64,000 bases of DNA, from NCBI GenBank assembly GCA_021796835.1, contig JAKABO010000006.1:3325-67324 (forward strand), in the 5' to 3' direction. This DNA is from Pseudomonadota bacterium (lineage in GTDB: Bacteria > Pseudomonadota > Gammaproteobacteria > Burkholderiales > Ferrovaceae). A program made the translations under genes and the position numbers. Shown in pieces: positions 9,991 to 16,823 of the stretch. The notes beneath the pieces were generated by a model that saw only the letters and a program-made list of their open reading frames with translations, was not told the DNA's origin and ran no database searches. Position 1 is the first letter of the stretch; the number at the start of each line of letters is the position of its first letter.

Positions 9991-10955
9991 TGTAACGATC
10001 CACCGCAACTCGACCCATGACCCGCCGTGCAGCCGAAACAATGATCGGCTACTTGAATGACCAACCCATCTGGATCTATCCGCAACAGATCCCGTAAATG
10101 GGTGGATGCCCCCCCAGGGTTCCATCCCTGAACCGGCAGCCCCAGTTGCTGATTGAAATCGCAGTCGTAGAGGTGGCCGCGCCAATCCACGCTGACATGA
10201 CTGCGGCACATGACCTGGTCCAGATTTTCAGGGTGATGATTGGCTTTCAGCAGATTCATGTAATGTTTGAACTGTCCCTTCGACACCAGCATGGAGCCAA
10301 AACGCTGGATGGGCATGTTGGTCAAGGTGAAAAGCTGGTTAAACATGATCCCGAACTGCTGACCCAACACTTGCTTGTACTCCGCCTCCAGTTTCTCCTG
10401 ATTGGGAGGAAGCACAGGACCTTGGGGGTTGTACACCAGGCTAAGCATGAGCCCGGAACCTTCCCTACCGTACCCCAGAGCGTTCAGCCGATGCAGTGCC
10501 GCAATACTCTTGTCAAACACCCCCTGACCCCGCTGGCGATCCACATTTTCCCCCGAATAACAGGGCAGGGAAGCCACCACCTGAACCTGCTCGGCAGCAA
10601 GAAATTCAGCAAGATCTTCCTGTCCGGGCTCCAGCAATACCGTCAAGTTACACCGATCGATCACCCTGACACCCAGACCACGGGCTTGACGCACCAGAGT
10701 CCTGAATCCCCCATGCAGTTCCGGGGCCCCTCCGGTCAGATCCAGCGTCTCGACACCCTGAGCTTTCAATACACCGGGGATCAGTGCCAGGGTTTTTACA
10801 TCCATCATTTCGGTGCGCGTCGGTCCCGCGTTCACATGACAATGTAAACAGGATTGATTACAGCGATACCCCAAGTTGACTTGAAGGGTCGTGAATGGCT
10901 GCCGCTGGAGAAGCGGGAAATTCGTCTCCACCAACAGGGGAAGAGTAGCGTGCAT
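9987..10955 (-). CDS. arsS: Radical SAM/Cys-rich-domain protein (ArsS-type, TIGR04167-like)
   Basis: Contains the 'LGYRCNQSCLHCHV' CxxxCxxC cluster and the C-terminal Cys-rich tail 'HCFGCTAGHGSSCGG'. SD GAGGAA lies upstream. Confidence 0.8.
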   Translation of the reverse strand: MHATLPLLVETNFPLLQRQPFTTLQVNLGYRCNQSCLHCHVNAGPTRTEMMDVKTLALIPGVLKAQGVETLDLTGGAPELHGGFRTLVRQARGLGVRVIDRCNLTVLLEPGQEDLAEFLAAEQVQVVASLPCYSGENVDRQRGQGVFDKSIAALHRLNALGYGREGSGLMLSLVYNPQGPVLPPNQEKLEAEYKQVLGQQFGIMFNQLFTLTNMPIQRFGSMLVSKGQFKHYMNLLKANHHPENLDQVMCRSHVSVDWRGHLYDCDFNQQLGLPVQGWNPGGASTHLRDLLRIDPDGLVIQVADHCFGCTAGHGSSCGGSLQ

Positions 10956-11025
10956 GTAAGTTCCTCAATTCGGAAGGAAACACAAAAATATGTCCTCTCC
11001 AAACTTAGTCGGGGAACCACCTGCG

Positions 11026-11054
11026 TTATTACAACTTCGGTATAAAATTTCCAA
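11026..11054 (-). promoter_or_regulatory. Candidate sigma70 promoter of the arsS operon
   Basis: Minus strand reads TTGGAA-17 nt-TAATAA, about 70 nt upstream of the arsS ATG in an AT-rich spacer. Confidence 0.3.
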
Positions 11055-11112
11055 AGTGGATTCGTATTAGTATTTTTCGCTCGAAGAGGTGGAAAGAATT
11101 CTTGCGGCAGAA

Positions 11113-11149
11113 TTAGAAAACAGCCGGTTTGGTTGGGTTGTCACCGGCT
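11113..11149 (-). terminator. Candidate rho-independent terminator after the integrase operon
   Basis: Minus strand reads AGCCGGT-14 nt loop-ACCGGCT followed by GTTTTCT. Confidence 0.4.
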
Positions 11150-11250
11150 TAACCAACTCCATGTCCGGTCAAAGTTTATCCAGCACCTCGGCATAACGAA
11201 CAAGGTTAGATCGTGCGCAAGCCACGATCTGAACCGGAGTTTAACGCTCT

Positions 11251-11286
11251 CAAAAAAATATTCATAACGATCAGTATATTATGAAT
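11251..11286 (-). terminator. AT-rich hairpin plus T-run (candidate terminator)
   Basis: ATTCATAA-11 nt-TTATGAAT is flanked by A7 and A8 runs. On the minus strand the hairpin is followed by T7. Confidence 0.35.
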
Positions 11287-11326
11287 CAAAAAAAATCGGA
11301 GGGCACTACATGCTCGTAATTTTGGT

Positions 11327-11656
11327 TCAACTGATCAGTTTTTTCGTACCTCCAGGTGCTGGGTTGGTTCCCAATGCCCGGTAAATTTTCATCAAGTCTG
11401 GTTCGGCTACGGTGCATTTGCGTACATTCAATGTGCGCCCACCAACTGTTCTCGACAGTGCACCGTCCACTGGAATATTGCCATCAGAAACACCAACTCC
11501 GGGGCGGGGGCCGCCCTCGGTAGGCGATTTCTCTTTCATGTCGCCACTGCAACGATAATCAAGATGGCTGGAAGAGGAGCGTGATCCAGCAAGCCCAAAG
11601 GCTTGGTCGGTGACTTTATTGAGAATTTTCCAAACGCCGTTTGGCCAGCAAGTCAT
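11327..11656 (-). CDS. Hypothetical protein (109 aa, or about 70 aa from the internal ATG at 11539)
   Basis: ORF only, with no recognisable motif and weak SD sequences. It overlaps the upstream small gene by 41 nt if the long form is used. Confidence 0.3.
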   Translation of the reverse strand: MTCWPNGVWKILNKVTDQAFGLAGSRSSSSHLDYRCSGDMKEKSPTEGGPRPGVGVSDGNIPVDGALSRTVGGRTLNVRKCTVAEPDLMKIYRALGTNPAPGGTKKLIS

Positions 11657-11771
11657 TTTCTCTTTTCTGACGGATCTGCTTATTGAAATAACGCACCATA
11701 AAAATGCTGATGATGAGTATCAGAACCTCCATCGCAATAACTATGATTCCGCCTTTTTCAAATTCGTCCAT
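11616..11771 (-). CDS. 51-aa single-pass membrane protein
   Basis: Sequence: MDEFEKGGIIVIAMEVLILIISIFMVRYFNKQIRQKRENDLLAKRRLENSQ. SD AGGGGG lies 7 nt upstream of ATG 11771. One TM helix plus a basic tail. Confidence 0.5.
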   Translation of the reverse strand: MDEFEKGGIIVIAMEVLILIISIFMVRYFNKQIRQKRENDLLAKRRLENSQ

Positions 11772-11942
11772 GGTGTGCCCCCTATATATCACCTGACAAC
11801 CCAACCGGTACATTGTAGTCCAATTGTCTGGCACTGGTTATCGATCGGATAACTGTGCACATGCTTGCCGACTTGCCCGTCATACTGGCCCGCCGTATCA
11901 GCGCTTTGCAGCGCCAGTCCATTCGTTGACCACCAAAGTGTT

Positions 11943-12944
11943 CTACGCCTTCAATGGGATAGATTCCACCTGATAGGGTTTCCCGCCCTTAAGTTTCTCG
12001 TGGTAACTTCCCCATCCTGATCCCCTGGGGGCACACCGGCGCATCAGTTCATCCTGTCCCGTGAACTGGTCGAGGCCGGAAAGAAGAATGGCTTCCCGCA
12101 TCCTCGGCCTGCGGATACCTAACCAGTCGGGAGCATGGGCATGGCAGGTGAGGCAGTGCAACAATGCCTCGTAATGCTCCCTTGGTAGATTGTGGATGGG
12201 GTATTTGGCATACGCTGCCGCAATCCATTCCACCACCGTCACTTGGTGTCCCAGTAATTTTCCACGGTCCGTCAGGACCCAGTCTCCCGTGGGGGAGAGT
12301 TGGTATTCTTCTGCCTTACCTGCATCATGGAGCAACCCCACCAAGATAGCCAAGGCTTCTTTTCTGGGATCTGGTTCCTTGAGAGCAATCCGCATCATTT
12401 GAGCCAACTCGATGCTGTGAATCAGATTGCCGTTGTCGTAATTGTGATGGGCTTTCATGGAGGATGGCCCCATACAGAACCGTCGAAACCGCTCCCCGTT
12501 CCAAAAAATTGCGTTGAACAGGAAGCGATAGGGACGAGGCAATTCTTCCAGCAAAGTGATGGCTTGCTGGATCAATGACCGATCCTTGACCCAGCCGGCG
12601 GGCACCATGCGGAACAGATTTTCCTCGGGCTCAGGACATTCCATCAGGACGAGCCTGGAGATCCGAATCGCACCGTTATTTGAGGTGGGGCATTGGTTCC
12701 ACCGGGGGGAAACCAGACAAAATGGACGCAGTCTGGTATCCGGTTGACTTCGGGTCCATTCAACCTTGATAGATGCCTTGTCATGGTACAGGTGTGCCGT
12801 GTACCGTATGCACCGTTCCTCCTGCCGATGGGTAATCGAGGTCAGCCGAAAAATATAGGGCATCCCCTCGGTACATGGGGCGGTGACCCTATTGGTCATG
12901 AGGTTTTTGATTTCAGGGTACGGCAAAACATTGGAGTTATTCAT
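11943..12944 (-). CDS. OB-fold + HD-domain phosphohydrolase (YhaM-like; also resembles the HD core of TraI_2/MobH relaxases)
   Basis: Contains 'KAHHNYDNGNLIHSIE', 'LVGLLHDAGKAEEY' and 'GKLLGHQV', the YhaM/TraI_2 HD signature. ATG 12944 overlaps the integrase stop (ATGAATAA). Confidence 0.55.
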   Translation of the reverse strand: MNNSNVLPYPEIKNLMTNRVTAPCTEGMPYIFRLTSITHRQEERCIRYTAHLYHDKASIKVEWTRSQPDTRLRPFCLVSPRWNQCPTSNNGAIRISRLVLMECPEPEENLFRMVPAGWVKDRSLIQQAITLLEELPRPYRFLFNAIFWNGERFRRFCMGPSSMKAHHNYDNGNLIHSIELAQMMRIALKEPDPRKEALAILVGLLHDAGKAEEYQLSPTGDWVLTDRGKLLGHQVTVVEWIAAAYAKYPIHNLPREHYEALLHCLTCHAHAPDWLGIRRPRMREAILLSGLDQFTGQDELMRRCAPRGSGWGSYHEKLKGGKPYQVESIPLKA

Positions 12945-14226
12945 GGCACACCTCGTCTTGGGCGGTCTTGGTATCGGAAGCAACGGGATTGTCCTGGGTG
13001 ACGGCGGGCAGGTTTTGCATCAGCAAGCGCTCAAAAGCACTGCCATCCTGCCGGGTCAAGTTGGGGACATAGCGGGAGTAGACACGGAATAACATTTCCG
13101 TGGTGGTATGCCCCATTTGCCGAGCGATCCACTCAGGATTTTCTCCGGCGGCAAGCCACAGGGTGGCGGCAGTATGGCGGGTCTGGTAGGGCCGTCTGAG
13201 CTTAAAACCAAGATGGCGAAGTAAGGGGTACCATACCCGGTTAGTGACATTCTTGTTATCTAACGGCGTGCCATTTCGGGTGCAAAATACATACTCGCCT
13301 ATCCCTTTGGACACTTTTTCCCGCGTCTTCAGAGCGTCATAGACCGCCTGAGACATTTGAATATCGCGCTGAGAACTGTCGTTTTTGGTATATTCCTCTT
13401 CACCGTCGACGATGGTTTCGCGCACCAGAATCAAGCGACGTTCAAAATCAACATACTTCCACTTAAGGCCATTGATTTCCGCACTGCGCATCCCCGTAAA
13501 AAAGCGTACAGTATAGAAACTGCGGAAATCCTCACGAATAGTGGTCAGAATCTGCATGACTTCGCTCAGTGTGAATGGGTCCACATCAACGCGCTGCACC
13601 TTAAGTTGTTTGATATTTCGGTAGGGTGTGAGAAAATCAAAACGGTCGGCGGCCTCATTGATGATTTGCCTCAACAGATTAATAATTTTGTTGATGCGAC
13701 GATTAGATAGGGTGGTTTCCTTTCCGCGTGCCTGGACTTTGGCGAGATCAGCACGATAGGCAAGGATGTCAGCCTTGGTGATTCTGCTGACCTCCCAATT
13801 TCCGAAACGCGAATTCAGACGCAACTCAATGTCCGCACGAATATTTTTCTTGTGGGACTTGCGCCATTCGACCTCCTTCTCTGCATACCAGACTGCCGCG
13901 AATTCACTGAGCAACGGCGTACCTGCGACACCTTCAGTACGGATCGCCATGGTGGATTCCTTCTGAATCACTGTGCTTGGTGCGGCATGCTGAGGCAGTG
14001 AGGAAGGAATATCAAATTTTCTCGCGTTTTTGCTTCCTGGGAAAAACTTGCGATACTCAAAGGTTCCTGTCGCAATTTCAGCCTCAATGTGGTCAAGAAC
14101 CTTTTGGACTTTCTTGCGGTTAGTAATATTGTCTTTCAGCGCTGTTTGTTCCCTGCAGCGCTGGCCTTGGTACCGGAAATCAATGAATAACAGACCGGTA
14201 TCTGCTCTAGTTCTAATGCTACCCAT
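12937..14226 (-). mobile_element. int: Tyrosine recombinase/integrase with DUF3596-type Arm-binding N-terminus
   Basis: N-terminus 'MGSIRTRADTGLLFIDFRYQGQRCRE'. Catalytic region 'FFTGMRSAE...YQTRHTAAT...GHTTTEMLFRVYSRY'. Start at ATG 14226 overlaps the upstream gene's stop. Confidence 0.9.
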
Positions 14227-14449
14227 GGCACACCCCACCATTTGCCATAGGAATGGACAACTGGTCCAATTGAGAGAACATGTCTCGTTCGATGTGTTCC
14301 CATATGAACAGTATTTTCCTTCCACCGAACGGTCTGAAGTAATGAATTCCTTCGAGCAGGACACTGTCCTTGAGGCGGTCACGAATGGTTCTGGGGTCGT
14401 AGTGGATACGCGCTGAAAGTGCGTCTGTGGTCAAATAAGTTAGTGACAT
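14219..14449 (-). CDS. AlpA/excisionase-family small DNA-binding protein
   Basis: 'LTTDALSARIHYDPRTIRDRLKDSVLLEGIHYFRPFGGRKILFIWEHIE' fits the HTH_17/AlpA layout. It lies immediately upstream of int and is coupled to it. Confidence 0.55.
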   Translation of the reverse strand: MSLTYLTTDALSARIHYDPRTIRDRLKDSVLLEGIHYFRPFGGRKILFIWEHIERDMFSQLDQLSIPMANGGVCHG

Positions 14450-14454
14450 GATTT

Positions 14455-14590
14455 TCTCCGTAAACTATAATATTTTGGATGTCAAAATATTTCTTGATAT
14501 GAATAAATGACATCCTGAATAGCATATTACACGAGAAAAATCTGTTTTGCAAGCAATTATGTCATTCTGAATAAAATATATTTACGGAGG
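14455..14590. promoter_or_regulatory. AT-rich divergent control region with repeated TG(A/T)CAT(C/T)C motifs
   Basis: GGATGTCA (14477-84) is inverted relative to TGACATCC (14508-15). Direct repeat TGACATCCTGAATAGCATA (14508-26) / TGTCATTCTGAATAAAATA (14560-78). TTTACGGAG precedes both divergent start codons. Confidence 0.45.
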
Positions 14591-14595
14591 GGGGC

Positions 14596-14805
14596 ATGAT
14601 CAAATGTCATTTGTCTCGGTTGATGGGAGAACGCAAGTTGCGGATTGCTGATGTCGCACGCGAAACGGGACTACATCGAAACACAATCACGCTGCTTTAC
14701 GACGAGACGGCAAATAGGGTAGAGATGGATACGATTGAACGGTTATGCCGACTTTTTAACTGCAGGGTGGGCGATCTATTGGAGTTTGTAGACTCAAATG
14801 CCTGA
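14596..14805 (+). CDS. XRE/Cro-family helix-turn-helix regulator
   Basis: 'LRIADVARETGLHRNTITLLYDE...LCRLFNCRVGDLLEF' is a typical short HTH_26-type protein. Confidence 0.8.
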   Translation: MIKCHLSRLMGERKLRIADVARETGLHRNTITLLYDETANRVEMDTIERLCRLFNCRVGDLLEFVDSNA

Positions 14806-14941
14806 TGGTTCTTTGAATAAGGGCACGGAAACCTATCGTCAAATGGTTGGGTATAATCAACGCCTGAAAAAATCTTGGGCACAAAGTTGGACAACAATGG
14901 GAACGGAAAAGGCGCGGGGAAAAACAAGAAGGAAATTTTGA
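14798..14941 (+). CDS. Possible 47-aa basic peptide overlapping the XRE stop
   Basis: Sequence: MPDGSLNKGTETYRQMVGYNQRLKKSWAQSWTTMGTEKARGKTRRKF. The ATG lies inside the last XRE codons (AATGCCTGA). ORF only. Confidence 0.2.
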   Translation: MPDGSLNKGTETYRQMVGYNQRLKKSWAQSWTTMGTEKARGKTRRKF

Positions 14942-14970
14942 CGACTGGTCGCCTGACCCTGAGTCAGTTT

Positions 14971-15047
14971 TGGCGCGCTCGACAGGAATTGAACCTGTGA
15001 CCCCCGGCTTCGGAAACCGGTACTCTATCCAACTGAGCTACGAGCGC
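14971..15047 (-). tRNA. tRNA-Arg (anticodon CCG)
   Basis: Reverse complement: GCGCTCGTAGCTCAGTTGGATAGAGTACCGGTTTCCGAAGCCGGGGGTCACAGGTTCAATTCCTGTCGAGCGCGCCA. It folds as a cloverleaf with anticodon loop TTCCGAA and an encoded CCA. Confidence 0.9.
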
Positions 15048-15325
15048 GTGTTTGAACAAATACTAGAACACACTGATTTTAAGAAATAATTTTCGCATTG
15101 TACCACAAAGCCAAATGAGCATCATGGTGTCAGTGAGACTGACTGGAGTGGCAATCGGGAAATGTGGTCACGGACAACCGAATGTAACTTGTATTCATGG
15201 ATCCTGAATGACCCTCGGCTTCGGAAACCGATACTCTATCCAACTGAGCTACGAGCGCGTGGTGTGGTCAACCAGAACGCACTGATTTTAAACAGTGATT
15301 CTCGCATTCTACCACAAAACCGGTT
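15000..15325 (-). repeat. Tandem duplication (two units of about 115 nt, 211-nt period) of the tRNA-Arg 5' half plus its upstream promoter-like region
   Basis: 15000-15113 versus 15211-15325. The tRNA part has 2 mismatches in 48 nt. The upstream part is similar and includes TGGTACAAT / TGGTAGAAT (minus strand; 15097-15105 and 15306-15314). Confidence 0.8.
15211..15258 (-). pseudogene. Truncated tRNA-Arg copy (acceptor 5' strand through the anticodon stem only)
   Basis: Matches 15000-15047. There is no T-arm or 3' acceptor sequence to its left. Confidence 0.75.
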
Positions 15326-15350
15326 GAAAGACCTGGAGTTTGAGGGTGTT

Positions 15351-15767
15351 TCACCGCCCCCCGTGCCTATCCGGGTTCGTCTGCATCGGCGGACTGCCGG
15401 CGTCAACGGTGGACAGGCCATTTCTTCCGCAGTGTTCCCGGATCACGAGCGCATGATTGTACACCGCATCCTTTGCCCCATAGACGAGCGTCACGATGCC
15501 CCCCTTGTCCAGTTCCTGCTTCAGGCGCAGAATTTGCTCACTGTTTTCGTTGAGTTCGGCGTGGTACCGTTCCCTGAACTCCTCCCATCGACGGGGGTCA
15601 TGTCCGAACCATTTCCGGAGTTCCGTGCTGGGGGCAAGGTCCTTGAGCCACAGATCGATGCTGGCTTTCTCTTTGCTCAAGCCCCGTGGCCAGAGCCTGT
15701 CCACGAGAATGCGCCGCCCGTCCTGTCCGTCCGGCGGTTCATAGACCCTTTTGATTCTGAGGTTCAT
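15351..15767 (-). CDS. DUF488-family protein
   Basis: 'RIKRVYEPPDGQDGRRILVDRLWPRGLSKEKA...WLKDLAPS..LRKWF' is the typical DUF488 N-terminus. Confidence 0.75.
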   Translation of the reverse strand: MNLRIKRVYEPPDGQDGRRILVDRLWPRGLSKEKASIDLWLKDLAPSTELRKWFGHDPRRWEEFRERYHAELNENSEQILRLKQELDKGGIVTLVYGAKDAVYNHALVIREHCGRNGLSTVDAGSPPMQTNPDRHGGR

Positions 15768-15834
15768 GACTTGAGCGGTTTTCGTCCTGGGAAAGAACCT
15801 GGGTTCAGGTTACCAAAGATCTGTCAAAGGGGGA

Positions 15835-16821
15835 ATGCCCACCGAGGAAATTTGGACAAATCCTCTCCACCATGAGAGCATGCGGACTTTAATCACTGCC
15901 CCGCCCCCTGCCATGATCACCAACCCCGAAACCCTGGTCCAGGCACTGTCCGACCACCCCGACTACCGGGTCCTGCGGCGCTTGAAAGCACGAACCCAAC
16001 TCGCCCCCGCAACCGGTCACCTCCTGCATCGCGGGGTGATCGTGGATACGGAAACCACGGGGCTGGATGCCAGAAAAGACAAGATCATCGAAATTGGCAT
16101 GATCGTCTTCGACTATGACCCGGTAACGGGCCAACCCATCCAGGTCAGGGAAACTTATGGCGGTCTGGAAGACCCCGGCTTCCCCCTGGGTCCCGAAACC
16201 GTTCGCCTGACCGGCATTACGGATGCCCTGGTTGCCGGTCAACGCTTCGATGATGCTGCGCTCACGGCATTATTGTCCGGCACCCAGTTGGTCATCGCCC
16301 ACAATGCCGCTTTTGACCGGCCCTTTCTGGAAAAACGTCTGCCCGCTTTCTCGGATCTGCCTTGGGGCTGCTCGATGATGGACATCGACTGGGAAGCCGA
16401 GGGCATCAGTTCCAGAAAACTGGACTACCTTGCCTTCCGGCAAGGCTTCTTTTTCGATGCGCACCGTGCCGAGGAGGATTGTCAGGCGCTTCTGGAAATT
16501 CTTGCCCTACCCCTGCCCCTCTCCACGCAGCCTGGGTTGAAGCCCATCCTGGACCGCCTGCCACAAAAAAGTTATACCGTCTCTGCGCTCAACTCCCCTT
16601 TTTCCACCAAGGATCTGCTCAAGGAGCGCCAGTACCGCTGGAATGGCGAACGCAAATGCTGGGTGCGTACCCTGGAAAACGAAACAGCCCTGAAGAAAGA
16701 AATGGAATGGCTCAAGACCGCCATCTATGGCGGGAAGACGGCCACGGTCGAAATCGATGAACGGAATGCGCGCACGCGTTTCTCGTTCCGGGCGGGCGAT
16801 ACGCGCCACTGCGTTCTATAG
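15835..16821 (+). CDS. DEDDh 3'-5' exonuclease (DnaQ-like) with DUF5710-like C-terminal domain
   Basis: Contains 'VIVDTETTGLD', 'IAHNAAFDRPFL' and 'DAHRAEEDCQAL'. C-terminal 'LNSPFSTKDLLKERQYRWNGERKCW'. Start uncertain (15835 or 15880). Confidence 0.75.
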   Translation: MPTEEIWTNPLHHESMRTLITAPPPAMITNPETLVQALSDHPDYRVLRRLKARTQLAPATGHLLHRGVIVDTETTGLDARKDKIIEIGMIVFDYDPVTGQPIQVRETYGGLEDPGFPLGPETVRLTGITDALVAGQRFDDAALTALLSGTQLVIAHNAAFDRPFLEKRLPAFSDLPWGCSMMDIDWEAEGISSRKLDYLAFRQGFFFDAHRAEEDCQALLEILALPLPLSTQPGLKPILDRLPQKSYTVSALNSPFSTKDLLKERQYRWNGERKCWVRTLENETALKKEMEWLKTAIYGGKTATVEIDERNARTRFSFRAGDTRHCVL

Positions 16822-16823
16822 GG

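Noticed and set aside
9991-10209. 73-codon N-terminal extension of the TVP38-reductase ORF. The same issue affects the int (14227-14382), cobT (25264-25521), cobS (26654-27127) and waaA (31065-31442) track ORFs.
   Set aside because: The extensions overlap the preceding gene in another frame. Conserved N-termini plus GTGA/ATGA coupling points give the shorter starts.
11078-11089. CGCTCGAAGAGG resembling the tRNA 3' end CGCTCGACAGG, as a possible attR core
   Set aside because: The match is only about 7 contiguous bases and does not extend on either side. That is not distinguishable from chance without statistics.
15162-15875. 237-aa plus-strand ORF
   Set aside because: It spans the tRNA fragment and runs antisense through the DUF488 gene, so it is not credible as coding.
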